Positions 37,555-46,877 of a stretch of 64,000 bases of DNA are shown piece after piece (position 1 is the first letter of the stretch; the number at the start of each line of letters is the position of its first letter). Source of the DNA: Bacteroidota bacterium (GTDB taxonomy: Bacteria > Bacteroidota > Rhodothermia > Rhodothermales > JANQRZ01); the NCBI GenBank assembly GCA_038746285.1, contig JBCDKT010000013.1:13126-77125 (forward strand), written 5' to 3'. The translations under genes and the position numbers were made by a program. The notes below the pieces were generated by a model. That model saw nothing but the letters and a program-made list of their open reading frames with translations. It was not told where the DNA came from and made no database searches.

Positions 37555-38085
37555 CTACCTCGCGCGGAGGTCGCGGGACAGCAGGCGGCCCCACACGGCA
37601 TCGTAGGGATGCACCTCGCGCACCGATTCTCCGTCGCGGACGACCGGTCGGCCTTCGTTGGCCCACCGGAAGATGGAGCCGTCGAGGTTCTGTACCGGCC
37701 GGTCCGCCGTGCCGAAGCGCGCGGCGAGGCGCGCCGACCGGTAGCCGACCGAGCAGTACAGCACCACAGCCCGGCCGGGGCCGAAGCGCCCGAGCGTGTC
37801 GCGCAGCGCGCTGGCGGGAGCGTCAGGGTCGATGCGGACGGCACCGGGGAGGTGGCTCACGGCGTATTCCTCCGCCTCGCGCACGTCCACGAGCACCGGC
37901 GGGACGCGCCCCGCGTCGCCGAGCCACGCCGCGAGGCTGTCGGCTGAGATGGACTCGACGTCGGGGAAGTCCCGCTCGATGAGGCGGTCCACGCCGCGCC
38001 ACGAGAGCGAACCCTCCTCGGACGGCGCGCAGCCCGCCGCACCGCCGAGCGCGGCGAGGAGCAAGGCGAACGCGCATCGGTTCAT
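37555..38085 (-). CDS. Rhodanese-like domain lipoprotein
   Basis: LVDVRE..EYAVSHLPGA, YCSVGYRS, NLDGSIFRWANEGRP. Confidence 0.88.
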   Translation of the reverse strand: MNRCAFALLLAALGGAAGCAPSEEGSLSWRGVDRLIERDFPDVESISADSLAAWLGDAGRVPPVLVDVREAEEYAVSHLPGAVRIDPDAPASALRDTLGRFGPGRAVVLYCSVGYRSARLAARFGTADRPVQNLDGSIFRWANEGRPVVRDGESVREVHPYDAVWGRLLSRDLRAR

Positions 38086-38210
38086 CAGCTCAGGAGGTCG
38101 GCGTTTGCGTCGGAGCGTCGTGGCACTTCAAGGTACGCGAGAGCGACAACAGCATCTTGCTGCTGCGCGGGGCTGAAGCGCGGGAAACTGAGTGCAGCTG
38201 GTCTGATCGA

Positions 38211-39677
38211 TCACGACCGATGCACCGCGACGCCCTCCTGCTCCATCGTACCGAGCCGGTACGCCCGCCGGGGCAGCTCGACGGTAAGCGCGGTGGCGAT
38301 GTCGCGCGCCTCAGCAGCGGAGAGTTGGTGCCGGGCGACGAGGCCGCCGAGGTAGTTGGCGTCTACGCGCCGGGCGAGGTCGTGGCGGGCCGGAATCGAG
38401 CAGAAGGCGCGGGTGTCATCGTTGAACCCGGCGGTGTTGAAGAACCCGGCGGTCTCGGTGGTCCGCTCGCGGAAGCGGCGCATGCCCTCGACCGAGTCGT
38501 GGAACCACCACGGCGGACCGAGGAGCAGCGCGGGGTAGTGCCCGGCGAGCGGGGCGAGTTCGCGGGCGTAGGTGCTCTCGTCGAGCGTGAAGACGATGAG
38601 CCGGAACCGCTCGCTGTTGCCGTAGGCGGCGAGGAGCGGCCGGAGGTTGCGGGTCCACTCGGTGCGGAGCGGGATGTCCGCGCCCATGTCGGGGCCGTAC
38701 CTGTCGGCGAGGGCGTCGTTGTGGTCGCGGAGCGAGCCGGCGTGGAGCTGCATCACGAGGCCGTCGGCAGCGCTCATCCGGGCTAGCTCCATCAGGAGGT
38801 GCGCCGCGAAGTCGGCCTCGTCGGCGGGTGTCGCCTCGCCCCGCAGCGCTCGGTCGAACAGCCGCTCGGCTTCGGCCTCGGGCAGCCGCTCGGTGCGCGG
38901 CGTCTCGGCGGCGTGGTCCGTCGCGGTTGCCCCCATCTCGCGGAAAAACGCCCGCCGGTCTTCAAGCGCCCGCACGAACGCAGCGTAGTCCCCGACTTCG
39001 AACCCGACGGCTCGTTCGAGCGCACCGATCTCGTCGCGCCATCCGGCTCGGGCGATGCGCATCACGGCGTCGGGCCGGAACGTCGGGATCACGCGGCCGG
39101 ACCACGCGCCGGTGGCGTTGGCTTCGCGGATTGCAGCGTGGTGCCGAAGGTCGTCGGACGCAGCATCGGTCGTGGCGAGGACCTCGATCCCGAACCGGTC
39201 GAAGAGTGCGCGCGGGCGGTACTCGGGCGAGGCGAGACGCTCGGTTATCTGGCCGTAGACGCGGTCGGCGGTCTCAGGGCTCGGGACCACCTCGACGCCG
39301 AAGACCTCGTGCAACTCGTAGTCCAGCCACGCCCGCGTCGGCGTTCCGGCGAAGAGGTAGTAGTGCGAGCAAAAGAGCCGCCACACGGCTCGAGGGTCCA
39401 CGTCGGCCCGCGTCCCGTCGGCTCGCGGGATGCCGAGGTCGTCGAGGCCAATGCCCTGGCTGTAGAGCATCCGAAAGACGTAGTGGTCTGGCGCGACGAG
39501 AAGCTCGGTCGGCTCGGGGAACGGCCGGTCCTCGGCGAGGAGCGCCGGGTCGACGTGCCCGTGCGGGCTGACGATCGGAAGGTCCCGCGTGGCCTCGTAA
39601 ATCTGGCGCGCCGCCGCCCGGACGGTCGGGTCCGGGTCGAAGTGGCGGTCGGGGTGGAGCGTGAGCGGCTCGGGCAT
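38211..39677 (-). CDS. uxaC: Glucuronate isomerase
   Basis: Start ATG 39677 (MPEPLTLHPDRHF); PIVSPHGH, PDHYVFRM, WWFHD, GFNDDTRAFCSIPARHD. Confidence 0.95.
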   Translation of the reverse strand: MPEPLTLHPDRHFDPDPTVRAAARQIYEATRDLPIVSPHGHVDPALLAEDRPFPEPTELLVAPDHYVFRMLYSQGIGLDDLGIPRADGTRADVDPRAVWRLFCSHYYLFAGTPTRAWLDYELHEVFGVEVVPSPETADRVYGQITERLASPEYRPRALFDRFGIEVLATTDAASDDLRHHAAIREANATGAWSGRVIPTFRPDAVMRIARAGWRDEIGALERAVGFEVGDYAAFVRALEDRRAFFREMGATATDHAAETPRTERLPEAEAERLFDRALRGEATPADEADFAAHLLMELARMSAADGLVMQLHAGSLRDHNDALADRYGPDMGADIPLRTEWTRNLRPLLAAYGNSERFRLIVFTLDESTYARELAPLAGHYPALLLGPPWWFHDSVEGMRRFRERTTETAGFFNTAGFNDDTRAFCSIPARHDLARRVDANYLGGLVARHQLSAAEARDIATALTVELPRRAYRLGTMEQEGVAVHRS

Positions 39678-39729
39678 GGGTCGGGAGATGGAAAGGCGTG
39701 GAGGGTCGGGAGGGAATGGAGAGATGCGG
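39678..39729 (+). repeat. 9-bp periodic G-rich array (9-mer family, arm N1)
   Basis: gggtcggga gatggaaa ggcgtgga gggtcggga gggaatgga gagatgcgg. Confidence 0.8.
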
Positions 39730-39748
39730 CTGCCCTCTCGCGCGGAAG

Positions 39749-42373
39749 TCAGTTGTCGCCGTCGAGTTGAACGGGCGCGGCGGTGTCGGCATCGAGCGTA
39801 CCGGGTGGAACGACGAACACCGCAGCCTCGTCGGTCGCGGTCCGGCCGTCGGGCCACGCGGCGACGAGGCGGAGGTGCCGCATACCCTCAGCAAGGGGGA
39901 GGTCCCAGCCGACGCGCGTCGAGCGCCCGTCGCGGACGGCCTCACCCTGCGCGACGCCGTCCACGAAGAGCGTCGCCCGCGGCGCGTTCGTGAAGGCCTC
40001 GATGCGCTGCGCTCCGGCCTCGCGGTGGGTGCGGGTGTGGGCGAAGAGCCAGGCCATCGGCGCGTCGGTCCAGCGGCTCTGGTAGAGGTAGTAGGCGGCC
40101 TTCGGCCGGCGGTCGCGCGTCAGCAGGCCCTTCTGGTTGACGTGCGGGAGCGTGCCCGTCTTGACGTGGCTGGCGAAGTCGAACAGGTGCCACACCGCGC
40201 CCCCGGCGACGAACGGGCGCTCGTCGAGCGCGTCGAGGTAGGCCTCGTGGAACCGGAGGGCCCAGGTCTCGGAGAAGTCGAAGGGCTGGGCGGCAGCCTC
40301 GTCCACCCACAGCCCGCGCTGCGCCCCCGCGCCGTACTCAGAGAGGAAGAGCCGGTCCCCTGGGCGCTCGGCGTGGTAGGCATCCAGCCTCGGGCCGATG
40401 TCCTCCGGCATATCCTCGTACCACCCGGCGTACTGGTTCCGGGCCTGGATGTTGGCGGTCGCCATGATCGCGGGATCCACGACGTGGTTCTGCGCCTGCA
40501 CGCTCAGCCGCGACGGGTCGAGCCGAACGGCTTCGTCGCCGAGCCGCTTGGCGAGGGCGAGCGCGGCGGCCTGCACCTCGAGCGTCTGCCACGAGATGAG
40601 CGACTCGTTGCCGGTCCCCCACAGCACGACGCTCGGGTGGTTGTAGTCGCGCTCGACCATCTGCCGGAACATGGCGCTCGCGGCGTCGGCAAAGCCGGGT
40701 GCCGTGGGGTCGGAGGTGATGAACGGGACCTCGGCCCAGACGAGCAGCCCGAGGCTGTCAGCGTGGGCGAGCGTCGCCGGGTGGTGCGGGTAGTGAGCGA
40801 TCCGGACGAAATTGGCTCCCATCGCCTTGGCGAGTTCGAGGTCGCGCCGGGCCTGGTCCGGGCCGGCAGCCCACGCGTCGTCCGGTCCGCCGTCCTGGTG
40901 GGCGTTGACGCCCCGGAGTTGGAGGCGCTGCCCGTTGAGCGCGAACCCGGCCTCCGGTGTCCACTCGAAGAAGCGCACGCCGAGCGGCTCGGTGACGTGG
41001 TCGAGCGCGGCGTAGCCCTCGCCCTCGGCGGGCAGCCGCTCGACAGTCCCGCCGGGCGCGGCGTCGGCCGCGTAGAGTGTGGCGTGGACGGCGTAGAGGT
41101 GCGGGTGCGCCGGTCCCCACAGGAGGGGTAGCCGGAGCGGAAGCGTCTGCTCGACCTCGGTCGCCGCGCCGGGTTCGGGCGCGAGGTCGCGCACGGCGCT
41201 CGCCACGACGCCACCCTCGGGGTGCTCGACGCGGACCACGAGCCGGACTGGCCCGCCCTCACCCCGAACGCGCGTGCGAACCCGAACCACTGCCGCCGAC
41301 GGCGACACCTGAGGTGTATCCACCTGCACGCGCTCGGCGAACGTCGGGCCGGTTGTCACGACCTCGGCCCCGCGGTACAGCCCGCCGAAGAAGGTGTAGT
41401 CCGCCGCGTGCGGGACGACGTCCGCGCGGAACCGGTTGTCGGCGCGTACGGCGACGACGTTGCGGCTCGGCCGGAGCCGACCGGTCAGGTCGAACTCGGT
41501 CCGGGTGTAGGTCCGCGTGGTGGTGCCGAGCGACTCGCCGTTGAGGAATACTTCGCCGCGCAGCCCGATGCCTTCGAGCCGGAGCACGGCCCGCTGCCCA
41601 GCGGGCGGCGCGTCGATCACGGCCCGGTACCACCCGACCCCGCGCCGGTACTGCGGGCCAACATCGAGGCCGTCGGCGAGACCGCGCTGGTCGAGCGCGT
41701 CGGCGGCGTTCCAGGTATGGCGCGGCCCGACAGTCTGCCAGCCGCTGTCGTCGAAGTCGGCGGCTTCGGCACCCGGCGCGTCACCCGCATGGAAGCGCCA
41801 CGCCGGAATGAGCCTGGAGGCCCGGACCGTCTCGGGCAGTGTGAACGGCGCGCGCGTCGTGGGGCCGGTAGCGTTGAGGAGGAGGAAGCGTCCCTCGCGC
41901 GGGGCGAGGTCGAACTCCAGCACCCGGTCGATCCCGAGTACGGACGGCGGGACCTCGATGCGGACCGTGCCGCCCTCCAGGCTCGTCACGAAAAGGGCGA
42001 TCTCGCGCTCGACGTTTTTCTCGCGGGCGAAGGCGAGGTGGTGGGCGTTCGAGCGAACCTCGGCGGTCACGTCGTCCCCGAACCGGCGGCGACGGCGGTC
42101 GGAGTCGGCGCGGGCGGGCGTGTAGAGGTAGCCATCAAAGACGAACCCGCTGACGGTTTCATCGCCGACTGGCACGTCGCGGAACGCGGCCCACCGGTCC
42201 TCGGCCGTCGGGTCGAACGAGACGGCAACGCCGCCGTTTGCCCCGACCGCAACGCCGTCGTCCGAGCCGTCGGCGGTGCGCACCTCGCCGGGTGTGAAGA
42301 GGCCGCCGGGACGGACAGCCTGCGCCTGCGCCGTCGCAGCGGTGAGCACGAGGAGGAAGAGGGCACGGAGCAT
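39749..42373 (-). CDS. Secreted GH2 glycoside hydrolase (beta-glucuronidase/galacturonidase-like) with an extra N-terminal region
   Basis: Start ATG 42373 (MLRALFLLVLTAATAQAQ); GANFVRIAHYPH, WGTGNE, SEYGAG, NQKG. Confidence 0.88.
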   Translation of the reverse strand: MLRALFLLVLTAATAQAQAVRPGGLFTPGEVRTADGSDDGVAVGANGGVAVSFDPTAEDRWAAFRDVPVGDETVSGFVFDGYLYTPARADSDRRRRRFGDDVTAEVRSNAHHLAFAREKNVEREIALFVTSLEGGTVRIEVPPSVLGIDRVLEFDLAPREGRFLLLNATGPTTRAPFTLPETVRASRLIPAWRFHAGDAPGAEAADFDDSGWQTVGPRHTWNAADALDQRGLADGLDVGPQYRRGVGWYRAVIDAPPAGQRAVLRLEGIGLRGEVFLNGESLGTTTRTYTRTEFDLTGRLRPSRNVVAVRADNRFRADVVPHAADYTFFGGLYRGAEVVTTGPTFAERVQVDTPQVSPSAAVVRVRTRVRGEGGPVRLVVRVEHPEGGVVASAVRDLAPEPGAATEVEQTLPLRLPLLWGPAHPHLYAVHATLYAADAAPGGTVERLPAEGEGYAALDHVTEPLGVRFFEWTPEAGFALNGQRLQLRGVNAHQDGGPDDAWAAGPDQARRDLELAKAMGANFVRIAHYPHHPATLAHADSLGLLVWAEVPFITSDPTAPGFADAASAMFRQMVERDYNHPSVVLWGTGNESLISWQTLEVQAAALALAKRLGDEAVRLDPSRLSVQAQNHVVDPAIMATANIQARNQYAGWYEDMPEDIGPRLDAYHAERPGDRLFLSEYGAGAQRGLWVDEAAAQPFDFSETWALRFHEAYLDALDERPFVAGGAVWHLFDFASHVKTGTLPHVNQKGLLTRDRRPKAAYYLYQSRWTDAPMAWLFAHTRTHREAGAQRIEAFTNAPRATLFVDGVAQGEAVRDGRSTRVGWDLPLAEGMRHLRLVAAWPDGRTATDEAAVFVVPPGTLDADTAAPVQLDGDN

Positions 42374-42468
42374 GGGGGTGCGCCTGCGGCGCGGAATGGG
42401 ATGGCACCTTCGGTGCGGAATGAGAAGAACGGGGGGAATGAACATGGGCGCGAAGCGCGACGGCAGGG

Positions 42469-44307
42469 CTAACTTTGATGGTTTTTCTTGACTCCTCCCA
42501 CTCCTCCCACTCCTCCCACTCCTCCCACTCCGCTCATCCCCGGTCCGCGCTGTCCAGTCCACCGGGCGCGGAGGGCGAAGGCGGCGCGCTTCGGGTCGCG
42601 GGTGCGGGTGAAGACGCCCTTGAGGTTGTCGACCACGCGGCGGACGTTCTGCGGCGTGCGGAAATCAGCGAAGTTCCAGACGTGGGCACCGCAGCACGCC
42701 GGGTGGTTCTCGATCACGTCGAGGTACGCCTCGATGAACGCGGCCTGGTACTCCTCGGTAAACTGGCGCGGGACCGTCGCGTGCGCCCCGGCGAGCGTGT
42801 CGGCCCCGAACTCGCTCACTAGGATCGGCTTGCCGTGGGCGTCCGCGATCTCGTCCAGCTCCTCCTTCAGCAGCCGGGCGGCTTCGCCCAGTTGTCCCGG
42901 CTGCGTGTACCAGCCGTAGTAGCGGTTGACCGAGACGATGTCGCAGAGTGGGTAGAGCGGAACGCCGGGGCCGCGTGCGTGCACCGGGACCGTCACAGGC
43001 CGCGACGGGTCGAGGTCGTGCGTGAGGTCGAAGAGCGGACGCCAGTAGTCAGCGGCAACTTCGTTCGTGGCTTCCTCTTCCCCACTCAGCCCCGGCTCGT
43101 TGCCGATCACCCAGCCGACGACCGACGGGTGGTTGCGGTCGCGGCGGACGAGCTGGCGGATGGCCTCGGCGTGGGCCGCTTGCGTGGCGTCCGTCGTCTT
43201 GCTGTGGTTGAGGCTGACGGCGGGGACCTCGGAGAGGACGAGCACGCCGCGGCGGTCGGCCTCGTCGAGCCAGTCCTCGGCGTAGGGGTAGTGGCTCGTG
43301 CGGAACGAGTTGGCCCCGACCCACCGCAGCAGCCCGAAGTCTTTGACGACGAGCGCCGGGTGGTGCGCCTTGCCGAGGACGGGAAAGTCCTCGTGCTTGC
43401 CGAAGCCGCGCAGAAAGACCGGCTCGCCGTTGAGGAGCAGGCTCGTCCCCTCGACCCGCACCTCGCGGATGCCGGCAGGCACCTCGACGCGGTCCACGGT
43501 CTCGTCTCCCGTGCCGAGGTCGAGCCGGAGGGTGTAGAGAAACGGATCGTCCCGCGACCACAGGCGTGGGGCGGGCACCCGGAGCGTGAGCGTGACGCTG
43601 CCGTCGGCCACGTCCTCGACCGCGTCGGCGACTTCTTCTTCGCCATCGTCGAGCCACGCCGCGACGTACTCCCCATCGCCGTCTATGTCCACCTCGACGC
43701 GGACCGTGCCGCCGAGCGAGGTCTTGACGCGCACGTCCTCGATGAAGGTCTTCGGCAAACCGTAGAGCGTGACCGGGCGGTGGACGCCGCCGTAGGGGAA
43801 GAAGTCGTAGCGGGCGGGCGGGAAGTGCTCGGCCCCGGCCCCGCGCTCCTTCGGCTCGGCGAACTCGTGCGAGGCGATGCCCTGCGGGATGGTCTCGGCG
43901 TCGGCGCGGTTGTCCACGCGGAGTGCAACGGGGACGCTTCGCCCCGGCGTCACGCGGCCCGTGATCTCGACGTCGAACGGCAGAAATGCCGCCGTGCTCT
44001 CACCCACGGGTGTGCCATCGACGAACACCTCGCAGTGGTAGTCCGCCGAGCCGACACGGAGGAAGACGCGCTGCCCAGCCATCGCGCTAGGCACGAATAC
44101 GTCGCGCCCAATCCAGCACGCCCCGACGTAGTCCGCCAGCCCCGCCTCGGCGAGCTGCTCGTTCCAGCTTCCCGGCACGGCGAAGGCGAGCGCCCCATCC
44201 CCGAACGGAGCCTCGGCACCGAGCGCGTCGTCGAGGTCAGGCACGAGGTGCCAGAAGCCGCCTAGGTCGAGCGTGAGGCGGTGGGCGTTGGTGGCCGGTC
44301 GGAGCAT
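42469..44307 (-). CDS. uidA: Beta-glucuronidase (GH2)
   Basis: DFFPYGGVHRPV, GFGKHED, GANSFRTSHYPY, WVIGNE, SEFGAD, NLKGVFTR. Confidence 0.92.
   Translation of the reverse strand: MLRPATNAHRLTLDLGGFWHLVPDLDDALGAEAPFGDGALAFAVPGSWNEQLAEAGLADYVGACWIGRDVFVPSAMAGQRVFLRVGSADYHCEVFVDGTPVGESTAAFLPFDVEITGRVTPGRSVPVALRVDNRADAETIPQGIASHEFAEPKERGAGAEHFPPARYDFFPYGGVHRPVTLYGLPKTFIEDVRVKTSLGGTVRVEVDIDGDGEYVAAWLDDGEEEVADAVEDVADGSVTLTLRVPAPRLWSRDDPFLYTLRLDLGTGDETVDRVEVPAGIREVRVEGTSLLLNGEPVFLRGFGKHEDFPVLGKAHHPALVVKDFGLLRWVGANSFRTSHYPYAEDWLDEADRRGVLVLSEVPAVSLNHSKTTDATQAAHAEAIRQLVRRDRNHPSVVGWVIGNEPGLSGEEEATNEVAADYWRPLFDLTHDLDPSRPVTVPVHARGPGVPLYPLCDIVSVNRYYGWYTQPGQLGEAARLLKEELDEIADAHGKPILVSEFGADTLAGAHATVPRQFTEEYQAAFIEAYLDVIENHPACCGAHVWNFADFRTPQNVRRVVDNLKGVFTRTRDPKRAAFALRARWTGQRGPGMSGVGGVGGVGGVGGVKKNHQS
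42491..42531 (+). repeat. 9-bp tandem repeat (actcctccc)x4, 9-mer family arm N2, inside the uidA C-terminus
   Basis: Perfect 9-bp tandem; encodes GVGGVGGVGGV in uidA. Confidence 0.9.
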
Positions 44308-44322
44308 AGGGGTTGATGGAAT

Positions 44323-44415
44323 GGGCGAGTGGGCGGGGTGGAGAGTGGGCGGAGACGAGTGAAGGCGGTCAGGTCGGGTTCTCCCTCGCCCTTTCTCCCA
44401 TTCGCCCTTTCCGCC
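44323..44415. repeat. 8-mer inverted-array element A ('empty', conserved core)
   Basis: gggcgagt gggcgggg tggagagt gggcggag - core gcggtcaggtcgg - tcgccc tttctccc attcgccc tttccgcc. Confidence 0.9.
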
Positions 44416-45468
44416 TCACCGTTCGACGCGGCCGGAGCCGGAGCCGGTGGCCAGCTTATCGACCTCGGCGGCCGAGGTGAGGTTGGCGTCGCCGGGGATG
44501 GTTTGCTTGAGCGCACTCGCGGCGACGGCGAAGTTCAGCGCATCCTCGGCGTCGTCTTTCGTGAGCAGACCATGGATGAGGCCGGCGGCGAAGCTGTCGC
44601 CCCCGCCGACGCGGTCGACGAGGCGTACGTCGTAGCGGCGACTCCGGGTCGGCGCGGCGAGCGGCGCGGCCGTCCCGGCCCCGCCGAGGAGGAGGGCGCT
44701 CCAGCCGTTGTCGCTCGCCGAGTGAGACTCGCGGAGCGTGATCGCGACGGCGTCGAAGCCGTACTCGGCCTTCAGCTTCTCGGCGAGGCGGGCGTACCCG
44801 GCCGCGTCGAGCTCGGCCTCTTCGGCGGCGGCGGCGCCCGAGCCTTCGGTCGTCACGCCGAGCGAGCGGTCGGCGTCCTCCTCGTTGGCGATGCACACGT
44901 CGACGTACGCCATGAGGGATCGCATCGCGGCGCGGGCCTCGTCGACGGTCCACAGCTTCGCCCGGTAGTTGAGGTCGCACGAGACGGTCACGCCCGCCGT
45001 CTTCGCCGCGCGGCACGCCGCCTCCACCGCCCGGTGCGCCGACGGGCCGAGCGCGGGCGTGATGCCCGTCCAGTGGAACCAATCGGCCCCGTCGAAGACT
45101 CGGGCCCAATCGACTTCATCGGGCTGCATCTCGCTCACGGCCGAGTGCGCCCGGTCGTAGATCACCTTCGAGGGCCGCTGGCTCGCGCCGGTTTCGAGGA
45201 AGTAGATCCCGACCCGCTCGCCGCCGCGCACGACGAAGCGGGTGTCGACGCCGTAGCGCCGGAGGTGGCCCACGGCCGCCTGCCCGACCTCGTGCGCGGG
45301 CAGCTTCGAGACGAACCGGGCGTCGTGCCCGAAGTGGGCGAGCGAGATGGCGACGTTGGCCTCGCCGCCCCCGTAGGTCACGTCGAAGCGGTCGGTCTGC
45401 GTGAAGCGGGAGAAGCCCGGCGCCGAGAGCCGGAGCATGATCTCGCCGAAGGTGACGACGGTGGACAT
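44416..45468 (-). CDS. kdgK: 2-keto-3-deoxygluconate kinase
   Basis: TFGEIMLRL, GGGEANVA, DLNYR.KLW, DRVGGGDSF. Confidence 0.95.
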   Translation of the reverse strand: MSTVVTFGEIMLRLSAPGFSRFTQTDRFDVTYGGGEANVAISLAHFGHDARFVSKLPAHEVGQAAVGHLRRYGVDTRFVVRGGERVGIYFLETGASQRPSKVIYDRAHSAVSEMQPDEVDWARVFDGADWFHWTGITPALGPSAHRAVEAACRAAKTAGVTVSCDLNYRAKLWTVDEARAAMRSLMAYVDVCIANEEDADRSLGVTTEGSGAAAAEEAELDAAGYARLAEKLKAEYGFDAVAITLRESHSASDNGWSALLLGGAGTAAPLAAPTRSRRYDVRLVDRVGGGDSFAAGLIHGLLTKDDAEDALNFAVAASALKQTIPGDANLTSAAEVDKLATGSGSGRVER

Positions 45469-45483
45469 GGGTCAGTTGGAATA

Positions 45484-45513
45484 GGGCGTGGAGGGAATGG
45501 AAGGAAAAGAGGG
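45484..45513 (+). repeat. 9-mer family arm N3
   Basis: gggcgtgga gggaatgga aggaaaaga ggg, abutting the GH28 stop. Confidence 0.8.
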
Positions 45514-46845
45514 TTATCCGTCGCTGAGCGTGATGCCTTCGAATCGGACGTTCGTGACGGCTTCGAGGTGGAGCGGGCGGCGACCGGGGCCGGTGATGGT
45601 CACGTCGCGGAGCGTCAACCCGTCAATGTGCCCGAGCGTGAGGTGCGCCTCAACCGGTGCGAGGTCTACCGAGCCGGGCGTCGGGTCGAGGCCTCGCTTG
45701 CCGCCGGGCTTGCGGAGGCCGCCGAGCGGGACCGGATCGGCAATGCGGAGCGTGACGCCGTCGAGCGTGAGGTCCTCAATCGGCGCGTCGGCGCGGCCGG
45801 CGATGAGGACGTTGCCGCGCGTCGCCGCGTCGAGGCCGCGCACGGTGAAACGGCGAACGACCCCGAGTGGGCTGGCCTCGTCGCGCCGGTCGAGGTCGAG
45901 GTAGAGCGGGTACTCGGTGCGGTGGCGCGTCGCCTCGCCGGAGAAGCTGACGTTCTCGACGCGGACATCTTCCACCGTCCCGCCGTCCTTCATGAAGACG
46001 GCCACGCCGTAGCGCGAGTCGCGGATGGCGACGTTCTGGATGAGGACGTGCCGCATCGCCTCCTCGGTCCGCGTCCCGAACTTGATCGCCGCGTCGTCGG
46101 ACGAGAGCACCGAGTTTGTGACGGTGACGTGCTCGACCGGGCGCCCGCTGCCCGCCTTGAAGACGATGGCGTCGTCGCCAGTGTCGATGTGGACGTTTGC
46201 GATGCGGACGTTGCGCGCCCCGCGCAGCCCGATGCCGTCCGTGTTGCGGCTTCGCGGGTCGTTGAGGATGCGGACGCCGTCGATGGTCGCGTCCTCGACG
46301 CGCTGGAGGTTGAGCGTCCAACCCGTGGCGTCGCGGAGGGTCACGTCGCGGACCGTGAGGCGCTCGACATCCTGGAAGAGGGTCCAGAACATCGGCCGGC
46401 CCTCGGTCTCCTCGCCGGTCTCGAGGTCGTAGGCGAAGTCCGGCCCACGCCCGTCGAGCATGCCGGTCCCGATGAGGGCCACGTCCTCGGCGTCGCAGGC
46501 GGCGAGGAGTGCCCGACGGCGTCCGGGGTTGTCGCCCGCGAGTTCGGGCAGGAGCGGATAGTCGGCGAGGTTCGTCGAGCCGCGGAGGACGGCCCCGGCG
46601 TCGAGGTGGAGCCGGACGCGGCTGCGGAGGCGGAGCGTGCCCGTGTCGAAGGTCCCCGCCGGAACCCAGACCGTCCCGCCCCCGCGCCCGGCGCAGGCGT
46701 CGATGGCGGCCTGCACGGCTCCGGTGTCGAGCCGCTCGTCGCCCGCCACCGCGCCGTGGTCGGTCACGAGGCACATCGGCTGGCCCACCGCCGGCACCGC
46801 CCACACCACCAGCATACCGAACAGGCAGAGCAGCACTCTCCCCAT
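45514..46845 (-). CDS. Secreted GH28 (polygalacturonase-family) glycoside hydrolase
   Basis: Likely start ATG 46845 (MGRVLLCLFGMLVVWAVPAVG); AVQAAIDAC..GGGTVWVPAG, NTDGI, TGDDAI; canonical HG and RIK motifs are not evident. Confidence 0.8.
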   Translation of the reverse strand: MGRVLLCLFGMLVVWAVPAVGQPMCLVTDHGAVAGDERLDTGAVQAAIDACAGRGGGTVWVPAGTFDTGTLRLRSRVRLHLDAGAVLRGSTNLADYPLLPELAGDNPGRRRALLAACDAEDVALIGTGMLDGRGPDFAYDLETGEETEGRPMFWTLFQDVERLTVRDVTLRDATGWTLNLQRVEDATIDGVRILNDPRSRNTDGIGLRGARNVRIANVHIDTGDDAIVFKAGSGRPVEHVTVTNSVLSSDDAAIKFGTRTEEAMRHVLIQNVAIRDSRYGVAVFMKDGGTVEDVRVENVSFSGEATRHRTEYPLYLDLDRRDEASPLGVVRRFTVRGLDAATRGNVLIAGRADAPIEDLTLDGVTLRIADPVPLGGLRKPGGKRGLDPTPGSVDLAPVEAHLTLGHIDGLTLRDVTITGPGRRPLHLEAVTNVRFEGITLSDG

Positions 46846-46875
46846 TCCCTCCCCACCCTCCTTTCCCTCCACGCC
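46836..46875 (-). repeat. 9-mer family arm N4 (inverted relative to N3)
   Basis: ctctccccattccctccccaccctcctttccctccacgcc; reverse complement ggcgtgga gggaaagga gggtgggga gggaatggg gagag. Confidence 0.85.
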
Positions 46876-46877
46876 TG

